A stretch of DNA of 64,000 nucleotides, from contig CAYQVF010000005.1 in the NCBI GenBank assembly GCA_964421045.1, positions 5,567 to 69,566 on the forward strand. The letters are read 5' to 3'. This DNA comes from an uncultured Chromatiaceae bacterium (GTDB lineage Bacteria > Pseudomonadota > Gammaproteobacteria > JAADHS01). The position numbers were made by a program, and so were the translations under genes. The notes beneath the pieces were generated by a model. The model saw only the letters and a list, made by a program, of their open reading frames with translations, was not told where the DNA came from and searched no databases. Of this stretch, positions 20,161 to 30,200 are shown piece after piece (the first letter of the stretch is position 1; every line of letters begins with the position of its first letter).

Positions 20161-20739
20161 TTAAATTCTTTTCGAAAAAGGAATAAAGGCCGCTACGCGG
20201 TGGCAGTACTTTTTATATTCGGGGTGAGCCAGCATCAGTCGCTGTTCTTCCAGTTTAGCGCCAATAATGAAATAGATCGCAACCACAGTATACAAATTAA
20301 TGGAATTGACGCTTTGTTCTGGCGTCGCGAACATGACCAGCATCATCGCTAAGTACATGGGGTGCCGAACATAACAATAAATTCCTTTTTCAATAAAGGG
20401 GTCGATGTTACCAGAATTGTTGCGTAGTCCCAAAAATATCCTCACGTCAATGGGCATCAGAGAGGCCAAAAATAGAGCAAGCCCCAGCAGTTGTATTACA
20501 CGTAACAGCCATGCGATAGGGGCATCAATGCGGTATAAATGCGTATCGGGAAGCGAATGGACAAAGGCGAGCCACAATGATGTGCTAAAAATGGCAAAGA
20601 TCACATAGCTGAACCGGTATTTTTGAGCGCTTAAGCCTACCTGATAAAGCAATTTTTTGCATCTGTTCTGCGCCAACAGACTATGAATTACAGCAAAAAC
20701 GATGCCTGATACCCATATAGATGTAACGGAAGTAAGCAT
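20161..20739 (-). CDS. Membrane methyltransferase, MddA/nurim/ICMT-like
   Basis: FAVIHSLLA and GIYCYVRHPMY motifs, EEQRL, several TMs; RBS AGGAG before MLTSV. Confidence 0.75.
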   Translation of the reverse strand: MLTSVTSIWVSGIVFAVIHSLLAQNRCKKLLYQVGLSAQKYRFSYVIFAIFSTSLWLAFVHSLPDTHLYRIDAPIAWLLRVIQLLGLALFLASLMPIDVRIFLGLRNNSGNIDPFIEKGIYCYVRHPMYLAMMLVMFATPEQSVNSINLYTVVAIYFIIGAKLEEQRLMLAHPEYKKYCHRVAAFIPFSKRI

Positions 20740-20954
20740 TCGGTGGCACTCCTGATGTTCAAAACGCTTTTTAGTTTCGCGATTCGTTTGTAATATTTCC
20801 GGATAGCTTCCTGTGAAAAGAATAGGTAATGAGCGTGAGCACGATTGCATGGATGGAGCTAGGGATTAGTTGGGAAAACAATCCGAGATAGCGCCAAAAG
20901 AGCCGAGCAAAGGCACTCAGGAGACAAAACCGAGGGCGCGGAATTTTTTCCAAA

Positions 20955-21005
20955 AAATAAATAGGACGCACACTCAATACCTAGACTTCAAACGCCATGG
21001 GTATA
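20955..21005. repeat. Family-A element end
   Basis: Reverse complement tatacccatggcgtttgaagtctaggtattgagtgtgcgtcctatttattt matches 55485 onward. Confidence 0.7.
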
Positions 21006-21018
21006 TTTTATATCAATA

Positions 21019-22224
21019 TTAACTTCCGCTTAGGCTGAGGTCACCCCCTTTTAGTAATACGTCCCAATAAAACTTAGGTAAAATATATTTTTTAAAATAG
21101 TACATACTGCGCCGTTCTCGACCTTGGTCAAAAGGGAAGGTTTCCTTTGGGCGAAGGTTATAATCAAATTCGGCGAGTACCAATTTTCCGTAACCTGTGA
21201 CCAGTGGACATGAGGCATAACCATCATATGCTGCTTTTCCAGTTTGCTCGTTCATCGTCGCAAGTAAATTGCTGGTTACAACGGGTGTTTGACTACGGAT
21301 CGCGGCGGCTGTTTTGGAGTTGGGGGTATTAGTGCAATCTCCTAGTCCGAAGATGTTTTTGTACTTTTTGTGTTGCAAGGTATGTAAATCAACATCGACC
21401 CAACCTGCTTCGTCGCTAATCGGGCTGGTTTTAATAAAGTCGGGAGCTGCCATGGGTGGCGTAACGTGAATGATATCGTAACGGATGATTTTTTCTTCGT
21501 TTCCTGCTGCAAAAATGGCTTCTTTTTTGTCGGGATGCAGGGCAATCAAGTTGGTTTGGTAGTTCATCTCCAAACCTTTTCTTTCGATGACACGATTGAG
21601 TTCATCTGCGTATTTTTTTACAGGAAAAATTCCTGGAGCCGCAGAACAAAAAATCATATTTGTTTTGTCGCGAACCTTGTTTTTTCTAAAGGCATCATCG
21701 GCAAGATAAAGTATTTTTTGTGCCGCTCCAGGGCATTTGAAAGGCGGTGGAGGTTGTGTGAAAATTGCAGTTCCCCCTTGAAATTCTTTAATGGCTTTCC
21801 AGGTTAGGGGGGCGATGTTGTAGTCGTAGTTACTGACGATTCCATTCTGACCCAATGATTCTTTTAATCCCGGTATTTTGTTCCAATTTATTTTAATTCC
21901 TGCGGCAACCACCAAGTAATCGTAGGTCACGATTTGACTGGAGTTCATAGTGAGTTGATTTTCTTCTGGCGCTATTTCTGACACGCTTTCCTTGATCCAT
22001 TTGACGCCACGTGGCACGACCTTTTTCATTGGCCGGGCTGTTTTTTCCGCCGAATAAATTCCTGCGCCCACAAAAGTCCAGCCGGGTTGATAATAATGTG
22101 TTTCAGCCGGTTCTATAATGGCAATATCCAGTTTTTCTGCTTCCTTTGCTAGGTGAGCTGCAACAGCAATACCTCCGGTTCCCCCGCCAATGATGACGAC
22201 TTTATGATGTTTTGAATCTTGCAT
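21019..22224 (-). CDS. sqr: Sulfide:quinone oxidoreductase (type II, eukaryote-like)
   Basis: GGGTGG, HYYQPGWT, KCPGAAQK, YDGYASCPLVTGYGK, LAEFDY. Confidence 0.92.
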   Translation of the reverse strand: MQDSKHHKVVIIGGGTGGIAVAAHLAKEAEKLDIAIIEPAETHYYQPGWTFVGAGIYSAEKTARPMKKVVPRGVKWIKESVSEIAPEENQLTMNSSQIVTYDYLVVAAGIKINWNKIPGLKESLGQNGIVSNYDYNIAPLTWKAIKEFQGGTAIFTQPPPPFKCPGAAQKILYLADDAFRKNKVRDKTNMIFCSAAPGIFPVKKYADELNRVIERKGLEMNYQTNLIALHPDKKEAIFAAGNEEKIIRYDIIHVTPPMAAPDFIKTSPISDEAGWVDVDLHTLQHKKYKNIFGLGDCTNTPNSKTAAAIRSQTPVVTSNLLATMNEQTGKAAYDGYASCPLVTGYGKLVLAEFDYNLRPKETFPFDQGRERRSMYYFKKYILPKFYWDVLLKGGDLSLSGS

Positions 22225-22285
22225 AATACCCTCTTCGTTAAAGAGCGTTACCCTGATCGTGTTTTCGGACAGCCTCTTAGTCCTT

Positions 22286-23023
22286 TTACATGGTCAGGGT
22301 ACGCCAGCCCATAAATATGCCCATTAAAACCAAAATAAAACTAAAGCTTTTTTGTAAATATTGCCCCGAAATTTTTTTCAATAAATAGGTACCTATCACG
22401 GTACCCATTGAAGCAACCAAAGCAAAAATAAACGTTTCAAATATTGGAATTTCAATTTGACCGAGGTAGCTGATGCCCCCTGCAAGGGCGTTCAGCGCGA
22501 TTAATACCAGGGAATGGGCAACGGCTACTGGAAAGTGGCTGATACCCAGATAAATCAACGCAGGTACGAGTAAAAACCCCCCTCCGACACCGAAGACTCC
22601 GGTTAAAATTCCGATTGCAAATCCGGTGAACGTTGCGGGCACAAAACGATAAAGACCAATACGATCAGCTAGCTTTATTTTACTGACCCACCATGTTACC
22701 GCAAAAATTAAAGCAGTAAATAGCCCCAGTTGTAGTTGTTCAGGAAGATATTGAGCTAATATCGAGCCTGAAACGCTACCTGCAATACCTGATAGCCCCA
22801 ATGTGATGACCAGTTTCCATTGTAAATGTCTCCATACTCGTTGATGAACTAAGGCGACACAAGAGACTAAGGTGACGATCCATAGGCTCATCCCTATGGC
22901 TTGTTTTACCGGCATGTCAGCAAAATAAATCAACGCCGGAACGGTGACCATTCCACCGCCAGCACCAAACATACCTAGTATGATTCCTATGCCAAGCGCG
23001 GTTGGCCAAAGAAGTAATGTCAC
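22286..23023 (-). CDS. TauE/SafE sulfite exporter family
   Basis: Duplicated GxFGxGGG...VPALIY motif, multiple TMs. Confidence 0.9.
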   Translation of the reverse strand: MTLLLWPTALGIGIILGMFGAGGGMVTVPALIYFADMPVKQAIGMSLWIVTLVSCVALVHQRVWRHLQWKLVITLGLSGIAGSVSGSILAQYLPEQLQLGLFTALIFAVTWWVSKIKLADRIGLYRFVPATFTGFAIGILTGVFGVGGGFLLVPALIYLGISHFPVAVAHSLVLIALNALAGGISYLGQIEIPIFETFIFALVASMGTVIGTYLLKKISGQYLQKSFSFILVLMGIFMGWRTLTM

Positions 23024-23038
23024 CTTGTTGTGCCTCGA

Positions 23039-23725
23039 TTAGGATAGTTCTTTTCCACAGGATTGGTTGCTCGGAACGGCTTCCATTATCAGTTTGGGAT
23101 TGGCTAAATTTAATGTTTGCATAAATTCGATAAACTGACTTCGAGTGAGCTGTAGTCTTGGGTTATGGCTTTTTTCTTCACCTATTGTCGAGGTGGTTCG
23201 GCCTTGATAATCGTGTCCTGGGTAAACGGTTGTATTCTCCGGTAAGGTAAATAGTTTGTTTTGAATTGAGTCGTAGAGCTGTCCGGCATTGCCTTGTTGG
23301 AAGTCAGTCCTACCGCAACCGCGAATAAACAGAGCGTCACCGGTAAAAATAGAGTGACCTATTTTAAAACTCAAACAACCCGGAGTATGCCCTGGTGTTT
23401 CAAGCACATGAATGGAAAGTTTACCCAGAGTTAATGTCTCACCCTCTTCTAATGCTAAATCGGCACATGCCACGCCATTTTTTTTGGCGACGCCTGTTTT
23501 ACACGCCGTTTTTTCACGTAAATGACCGCTTGCAGTGACATGGTCGGCATGAACATGGGTATCCAGCGTATATTTTAAATCCAGTTTCAGCTCAGAAAGC
23601 AAGCTCAGATCCCGGTCAATTTGAGTCAGTACCGGATCGATGAATACGGCTTCTTTACTCTCTGGATCTGCAACAAGATAGCTATAGGTCCAGGTGTCGT
23701 AATCAAACAATTGCCTTAAAATCAT
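23039..23725 (-). CDS. pdo: Persulfide dioxygenase (ETHE1-like MBL fold)
   Basis: RQLFD, THVHADH, TPGHT, GDALFIRGCGRTDFQ, YPGHDY, EEKSHNPRL. Confidence 0.92.
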   Translation of the reverse strand: MILRQLFDYDTWTYSYLVADPESKEAVFIDPVLTQIDRDLSLLSELKLDLKYTLDTHVHADHVTASGHLREKTACKTGVAKKNGVACADLALEEGETLTLGKLSIHVLETPGHTPGCLSFKIGHSIFTGDALFIRGCGRTDFQQGNAGQLYDSIQNKLFTLPENTTVYPGHDYQGRTTSTIGEEKSHNPRLQLTRSQFIEFMQTLNLANPKLIMEAVPSNQSCGKELS

Positions 23726-23785
23726 CAGGTTTGTCCTTGTGTTTTTGAGCTATTGTAAAGCGAATTTTCTCATTATGCGGGTAGC

Positions 23786-23802
23786 AGCATTATTTGCGCC
23801 AA
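23786..23802 (-). promoter_or_regulatory. sigma-54 -24/-12 promoter of the pdo-tauE-sqr operon
   Basis: Minus strand TTGGCGCAAATAATGCT (GG-N10-GC), ~60 nt upstream of the pdo ATG. Confidence 0.7.
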
Positions 23803-23900
23803 ATAAGCTGAATGGGTTAAAAATAACTCTATTCTTATGATTTATAAAAATAATTCTTTCTTGGGTTGGAATGGTTGTTATCCGCACGCTAGTCTGTATA

Positions 23901-23945
23901 TGCCATTTTTGACGGTATCTTTATAGGAGGCTGACAAAAATGACA
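23901..23945. promoter_or_regulatory. Putative enhancer sites for a sigma-54 activator
   Basis: TGCCA-TTTT-TGACG and TGACA-AAAA-TGACA, 31 bp apart, ~100-145 bp upstream of the -24 box. Confidence 0.5.
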
Positions 23946-24190
23946 TGTCATGATCGATTTGATTATTTTATTGTAAATGTTCCCGGTGCCCATTGATTGA
24001 AGTTTTTGTTTTTATCGGTTACACCTGAATTGTATAATAGTGATCGCTTGAGCGACGTTCACTTCAAGTACACTTTTTTTGTCACATGCTTAAATTTAAG
24101 TCCTTTCAATTCATCTGGGTCTAATGGTGTCGTGCCGTCAGGATATCCATTTTCAATCTCAGGTATGGACATCGATTTAATGTCTCTCAT

Positions 24191-24277
24191 CTTAGAATCC
24201 GCAGTTGGACGAGCTAAAGTGTGCGTTTGTGGTGGTGCAGGTCAAGGCGTTACAACGTAGAGATGCGTCGCCACAAA
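24191..24277. repeat. Partial copy of the 44439 element
   Basis: cttagaatccgcagttggacgag...tgcaggtcaaggcgttacaacgyagagatgc shared. Confidence 0.75.
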
Positions 24278-24465
24278 TTAATCAGGATAAAATGGCGGTG
24301 GTTTGATCTTAAAACCTGACTAGGAGAGGGTATGGAGGAGGTATGCAACATAGGAGACAAGGCCGGGAGGCGAAGCAAAGGAAGTGATTGCGCGTCTATC
24401 CCTAAGAATGATATAAAAGAACGCTTTTAGGCGGCGCACTAATAACATTTTTTCAGGGAAGGGTC

Positions 24466-25971
24466 ATGATGGATTTTATCGTAAAAAGTGGGTTACCAGA
24501 AAAGCAAAGATCGGCCTGTATCGTTGTTGGTATTTTCCAGTCCCGCAAACTGACGGCAGTTGCCGAGCGTATCGATGCGGCCTCAGAAGGTCATCTCAGC
24601 AATATTCTGCGTCGCGGTGATATGGAAGGAGCCATTGGCCAATCCCTACTACTTTATAATGTCCCTGGAACCTTGGCTGATCGAATTTTATTGCTTGGCT
24701 GTGGTAAAGAACGAGAACTCGACGACAACTCATACCGTAAAATAATCCAACAAACGGTGATGAGATTGAAAAATACAAGCGTAACAGAAGCGGTTTGTTA
24801 TCTCTCCGAGCTTAATATTAAAGGCCGGGATATGCACTGGAAGGTACGCCAAGCGGTTGAAGTTACTGCGGATATGACCTATCAATTCGATCAGCTCAAA
24901 AGTACTAAAACAAAAAACAAGCGATCCTTACGTAAATTCATACTCACCGTACCCTCGCGACGGGATTTGACCAAAGCAGAAAAAGCAACTCTGGAGGGGA
25001 GTGCCATTGCTGCAGGTGTTGATTTGGCCAAAACACTGGGTAATTTACCCGGTAATATCTGTACCCCCAGCTACTTGGCTGACCAGGCAAAAAGCATGGC
25101 AAAAAAAAACCGGGCAATGAAGGTCGAAATTTTAGAAGAAGCCGACATGAAAAAACTGGGCATGGGAGCCTTGCTCAGTGTTAGCCAGGGTAGCCGACAA
25201 GCGGCTAAACTCATCACATTAGACTACCGGGGCGGCGCTAAAACAGCCAAACCTATTGTTTTGGTAGGGAAAGGCATTACTTTTGACTCCGGTGGAATTT
25301 CGCTTAAACCGGGTGGAAAAATGGATGAAATGAAATATGACATGTGTGGTGCCGCCGCCGTTATGGGTGCCATGGCGGCGGTTTCCATGCTTAATTTACC
25401 CGTGAATGTGGTCGCGATTGTTCCGGCTTCCGAAAATTTACCCGATGGCTTGGCTTCTAAGCCCGGCGATATTGTGACTAGCATGTCAGGACAGACTATT
25501 GAAATATTAAATACTGATGCAGAAGGTCGGCTCGTCTTATGCGATGCACTGAGTTACGCTGAAAAATTTGATCCTGCCGTAGTGATTGATGTTGCCACCT
25601 TAACTGGTGCCGTGATTGTCGCCCTGGGACGGCATGCAAATGGTCTGCTGAGCAACCATCCGCCCCTGGTCAATGATTTAAACAGTGCCAGTAAAATCAC
25701 GGGAGATCGCGTTTGGGAACTGCCTTTATGGGACGAATATCAAGATCAACTAAAAAGTAATTTTGCGGATATGGCTAATATTGGTGGACGCGAAGGCGGT
25801 ACCATAACCGCAGCTTGTTTTTTGTCACGATTTACTAAAAAATATCATTGGGCTCACCTCGATATCGCTGGTACGGCCTGGAAATCGGGCGAAGCAAAAG
25901 GTGCGACGGGGCGACCGGTTTCGCTCTTGATGCAATATATTCTGGGTCGAGCCGGGAAAAAGAAAAGTTAA
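24466..25971 (+). CDS. pepA: Leucyl aminopeptidase
   Basis: GKGITFDSGG, MKYDM, NTDAEGRL, WAHLDIAG. Confidence 0.97.
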   Translation: MMDFIVKSGLPEKQRSACIVVGIFQSRKLTAVAERIDAASEGHLSNILRRGDMEGAIGQSLLLYNVPGTLADRILLLGCGKERELDDNSYRKIIQQTVMRLKNTSVTEAVCYLSELNIKGRDMHWKVRQAVEVTADMTYQFDQLKSTKTKNKRSLRKFILTVPSRRDLTKAEKATLEGSAIAAGVDLAKTLGNLPGNICTPSYLADQAKSMAKKNRAMKVEILEEADMKKLGMGALLSVSQGSRQAAKLITLDYRGGAKTAKPIVLVGKGITFDSGGISLKPGGKMDEMKYDMCGAAAVMGAMAAVSMLNLPVNVVAIVPASENLPDGLASKPGDIVTSMSGQTIEILNTDAEGRLVLCDALSYAEKFDPAVVIDVATLTGAVIVALGRHANGLLSNHPPLVNDLNSASKITGDRVWELPLWDEYQDQLKSNFADMANIGGREGGTITAACFLSRFTKKYHWAHLDIAGTAWKSGEAKGATGRPVSLLMQYILGRAGKKKS

Positions 25972-25981
25972 CAACACGATT

Positions 25982-26413
25982 ATGCAAGTCGATTTTTACT
26001 TATTAAATATTTCTGAAGCACGAGAGGGTGAGCACTTTGTTTGTCGTTTGACAGAAAAAGTTTTTCGCCAAAAACACTTTATTTATATCCATACCGATAA
26101 TCAAAGTGCAACGTCGCGATTAGATGATCTGCTCTGGACATTCAGCCCAGGCAGTTTTTTGCCACACGTTCTTGCTCACCACACGACAGAAGACGACAAG
26201 GTAAAAATAACCCTGGGCCACGCAGATATTCCGGCCACCGCCCATGACGTGTTAATTAACATGGCAACAAATGTTCCTTTAGCGCACACTCAATTTTCTC
26301 GTATTGCCGAAATTGTTTACAACACCGAGTCACACAAACAGCTCAGTAGAAAGCGCTACCGTTACTATCGAAAACAAAAATATGCGGTATCCTCACATGA
26401 AATGTCAATTTGA
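25982..26413 (+). CDS. holC: DNA polymerase III chi subunit
   Basis: VDFY, LDDLLWTF..SFLPH, RYRYYR; pepA-holC-valS synteny. Confidence 0.93.
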   Translation: MQVDFYLLNISEAREGEHFVCRLTEKVFRQKHFIYIHTDNQSATSRLDDLLWTFSPGSFLPHVLAHHTTEDDKVKITLGHADIPATAHDVLINMATNVPLAHTQFSRIAEIVYNTESHKQLSRKRYRYYRKQKYAVSSHEMSI

Positions 26414-26527
26414 CAAACAAAATTTATGAACAATCAAAGATACCGTAAACATCAAAAGAAAAAATAAAGGCCGTGTACAATAAGGCCTTAAACACTTTAC
26501 CGTTAAACTGAGCAAACCAAAATTAAT

Positions 26528-29383
26528 ATGGAAAAAACCTATAATCCATCTGAAATTGAATCAACCTGGTATCAAACCTGGGAAAAAAACCATTACTTCA
26601 AGCCCAGAGGAGGAGATGCACCTCCCTATTGCATTATGATTCCCCCTCCCAATGTGACGGGTAGTTTACATATGGGGCACGCTTTCCAAAACAGCATCGT
26701 CGATACGTTGATTCGCTTTCATCGCATGAAAGGTGAAAACACGCTATGGCAAGCCGGCAGCGACCACGCGGGCATTGCTACACAAATGGTTGTGGAACGA
26801 CAACTGGCCTCTGAAAACTTGACACGACACGACTTGGGTCGTGAAAAATTTGTTGAACGCACCTGGCAATGGAAAGAGGAATCTGGCGGCACTATCAATA
26901 ATCAGTTGCGGCGCATGGGCAGCTCTCTGGATTGGTCACGAGAACGTTTCACTCTGGATGATGGCTTATCAGAATCAGTACAGGACGTTTTTATCCAGCT
27001 CTACAACGAAGGGCTGATCTATCGCGGCAAACGGCTGGTTAACTGGGATCCTGTTTTACATACGGCCGTGTCAGACCTGGAAGTGATTTCAAAGGAAGAA
27101 AACGGTTCAATGTGGCATATGCGCTACCCATTAGCGGATGATGACGGTCATGTTATTGTTGCCACCACCCGCCCTGAAACGCTGCTTGGTGATGCCGCTG
27201 TAGCGGTACATCCTGATGACGAACGATATCGCCATCTGGTCGGAAAAATGCTGAGACTACCGCTTGCTGGTCGTAATATTCCCATCATTGCTGACGAGTA
27301 TGTTGACCCGGAGTTTGGCACAGGCTGTGTAAAAATAACACCGGCTCACGACAATAACGATTATCAGGTATGGCAACGGCACAATACCACACCTGCACTT
27401 CAAGCCTTGCCATTCCATGGTTTAATCAATATTTTCACTATTGATGCCAGCATCAAGCAGTCGCCTCAAGACGATGGACAACAACACAATGAACTGAACT
27501 CCTCCCCTCTGTTTACGGTCGAGCTCATCCCTAAATCCTATCAAGGTCTGGATCGTTTTGCTGCACGAAAAAAAATAGTGGCCGATTTAGAGCAAGCAGG
27601 CTTGCTTGAAAAAATTGAAAATCATCGCCTGATGGTGCCGCGTGGTGATCGCTCACATGCGGTGATTGAACCGCTACTAACGGATCAATGGTATGTTAAA
27701 GCAGGCCCGTTGGCCGAACCTGCAATTCAAGCCGTGGAATCAGGAAAAATTAAATTTGTTCCTGAAAATTGGTCTAATACCTATTATGAGTGGATGCGCA
27801 ATATTGAGGACTGGTGTATTAGCCGCCAAATCTGGTGGGGGCATCGTATTCCGGCCTGGTATGACGAGACTGGAAAAATTTATGTTGGCCGTAATGAGGC
27901 TGAAATTCGGACACAACATAATCTCGATCCTCAGGTTGTGCTGACTCAGGATCCTGATGTGCTTGATACCTGGTTTTCCTCTGCGCTGTGGCCATTTTCT
28001 ACATTAGGCTGGCCTGATAAAACAGATGAATTAACAACCTTCTACCCAACGAGTGTTTTAGTCACCGGCTTTGATATCATTTTTTTCTGGGTGGCGAGAA
28101 TGATTATGATGGGGCTTAAATTTACGGGAGAAATTCCGTTTAAAGAAATTTATATCCATGGTTTGGTGCGCGATGCCCAGGGACAAAAAATGTCCAAATC
28201 AAAGGGCAATGTTCTTGATCCCATCGACCTGATAGATGGGATCGACCTCGAAACGTTAATCAAAAAACGAGCTTCCGGTCTGATGCAACCCAAAATGGCA
28301 GAGCGCATCGAAAAAGAAACACGCCAGCAATTTCCAGACGGCATACCGGCATTTGGTACCGATGCATTGCGCTTTACCTTTGCCGCTCTGGCCTCGACCG
28401 GGCGAGATATTCGCTTTGATATGGGACGCATAGAAGGCTATCGAAATTTTTGCAACAAGCTGTGGAATGCGGCTCGTTATGTGTTAATGAACTGTGAAAA
28501 TGAAAACATTGACTTGACTCATCTTGAATATGGCCTGGCTGATCGCTGGATTATGTCCCGGCTACAAACCACAATCCACAATGTGAATCGTCATCTGGAC
28601 AGTTATCGATTTGATCTTGCCGCCAATGAACTCTATGAATTCACCTGGAACGAATATTGTGACTGGTATCTTGAATTAGTGAAACCAGCTCTGACTTCGA
28701 CAAACAGCTCGATGGCTATTCAAAATGGAGCCAGGTTGACTTTGGTCAGCGTACTTGAAACCGTTTTACGTTTGGCTCATCCGATCATTCCGTTTATCAC
28801 GGAAGACATCTGGCAGCGCGTAGCACCGCTGATAAAAATACAAGGCAAGACCATCATGATGCAAAACTACCCCATTGCAGATAACAACAAAGTAGACCAA
28901 GATGCCGTTGCTGACCTGGAATGGGTACAAACTTTCATCCTGGGCGTCAGAAAAATTCGGGGTGAAATGAATATCCCTCCGAACAAACCGCTTCCCGTGC
29001 TTTTAAGTCATGGGAGCGCCAATGACGAAACACGCCTTAACGCAAATACCCACCTTGTCACTGCGCTGGCAAAATTGGAATCCATTACCTGGCTCAACAA
29101 TGACGATGACGCACCGGAAGCGGCTACTTCGTTAGTCGGGGAAATGAAACTGCTCATTCCATTGGCGAATTTCATAGATAAAGACGCTGAAATCGCCCGA
29201 CTTGAAAAAGAAATTTCAAAAAGAAAAGCAGATTTAACAAAGATTGATAACAAACTCTCTAATGAACGTTTCGTAGCCAAGGCACCAGCCTCTGTGGTTG
29301 AAAAAGAAAAAACTCGCAGTATCACACTCCGTCAGGAAATTCATAATCTTAATGAACAGTTTCAACGTATAAGCGATTTGTAA
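26528..29383 (+). CDS. valS: Valine-tRNA ligase
   Basis: [25 protein letters not shown]-terminal coiled coil. Confidence 0.98.
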   Translation: MEKTYNPSEIESTWYQTWEKNHYFKPRGGDAPPYCIMIPPPNVTGSLHMGHAFQNSIVDTLIRFHRMKGENTLWQAGSDHAGIATQMVVERQLASENLTRHDLGREKFVERTWQWKEESGGTINNQLRRMGSSLDWSRERFTLDDGLSESVQDVFIQLYNEGLIYRGKRLVNWDPVLHTAVSDLEVISKEENGSMWHMRYPLADDDGHVIVATTRPETLLGDAAVAVHPDDERYRHLVGKMLRLPLAGRNIPIIADEYVDPEFGTGCVKITPAHDNNDYQVWQRHNTTPALQALPFHGLINIFTIDASIKQSPQDDGQQHNELNSSPLFTVELIPKSYQGLDRFAARKKIVADLEQAGLLEKIENHRLMVPRGDRSHAVIEPLLTDQWYVKAGPLAEPAIQAVESGKIKFVPENWSNTYYEWMRNIEDWCISRQIWWGHRIPAWYDETGKIYVGRNEAEIRTQHNLDPQVVLTQDPDVLDTWFSSALWPFSTLGWPDKTDELTTFYPTSVLVTGFDIIFFWVARMIMMGLKFTGEIPFKEIYIHGLVRDAQGQKMSKSKGNVLDPIDLIDGIDLETLIKKRASGLMQPKMAERIEKETRQQFPDGIPAFGTDALRFTFAALASTGRDIRFDMGRIEGYRNFCNKLWNAARYVLMNCENENIDLTHLEYGLADRWIMSRLQTTIHNVNRHLDSYRFDLAANELYEFTWNEYCDWYLELVKPALTSTNSSMAIQNGARLTLVSVLETVLRLAHPIIPFITEDIWQRVAPLIKIQGKTIMMQNYPIADNNKVDQDAVADLEWVQTFILGVRKIRGEMNIPPNKPLPVLLSHGSANDETRLNANTHLVTALAKLESITWLNNDDDAPEAATSLVGEMKLLIPLANFIDKDAEIARLEKEISKRKADLTKIDNKLSNERFVAKAPASVVEKEKTRSITLRQEIHNLNEQFQRISDL

Positions 29384-29611
29384 GCCACGCAAAAAAACCA
29401 CTCAATAACTGATATTTTGCTCTATACCCATAAAATATAGAATGGTGATGCTCTCCAGCCGCACTCAAGATTTCCTCAGAAAACGCCGCTAACTAACATA
29501 AGGGAATGCGTCCTCCTTTTTTTGATACTCGGAGGACATTTGTTCGGCCACAGGCATAGGCATGATTGATTTCACTGCCGCCTGACCTACCTATTTTAAG
29601 GGGGACAAGCC

Positions 29612-30094
29612 ATGAAACATTTAACACATACAACAATAGTGATGCTATTGAGCGTTTTCAGTATGAATGCCACTGCTGGAGGCATTACCAACATCCCGGC
29701 AAAGTCACTGATCAATCACGACGAGTCTGGTGCCAACACGACTTCAACTCGACTTGACCGTATTCTTAATACCATTGGTGGAAGCGTATCCCGTGCCGCC
29801 TTTACCCGTGCTGTTGTCAACCGAGAACCTATTGATACCGTCAAGACCATCAAAAACAATTTACGACATCTTTATTTTTTTACCGAACTCAAAGGTTTTA
29901 TGGGAGAGACGGTTTTTCATCGCTGGGAGTTTGATGGTGAAGTTATCGCAGAAGTAAAATTTCAAATCGGTGGTTCCAGATGGCGTGTCTGGTCAAATAC
30001 CAATATACTACCGAACTTACTTGGCGAATGGAAAGTTTCTGTCGTTGATATCACCGGGCGAATCATCCAGGAAGCTATGATCAATAGAGAGTAA
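29612..30094 (+). CDS. DUF2914-like secreted protein
   Basis: Signal peptide; RAAFTRAVVNREP, LYFFTEL, HRW, SRWRVWS, GEWKVSV. Confidence 0.8.
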   Translation: MKHLTHTTIVMLLSVFSMNATAGGITNIPAKSLINHDESGANTTSTRLDRILNTIGGSVSRAAFTRAVVNREPIDTVKTIKNNLRHLYFFTELKGFMGETVFHRWEFDGEVIAEVKFQIGGSRWRVWSNTNILPNLLGEWKVSVVDITGRIIQEAMINRE

Positions 30095-30130
30095 AAACTC
30101 TATTCTGTGGTGATTGAAACTGAGGGGTAA

Positions 30131-30200
30131 TATGAATTCAGGTATTTTTCACGCACATCTGCTTGCGCTTAACACCTGAACGCATAACGCCACGGATATA
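30131..30200. repeat. Internally deleted family-A element abutting the prfC stop
   Basis: tttcacgcacatctg and aacacctgaacgcataacgccacggatata match the 19625 and 42235 copies. Confidence 0.6.

Noticed and set aside
27420-27540. Intein in ValS
   Set aside because: The insert is only ~20-25 aa in a variable region, with no intein splicing motifs.
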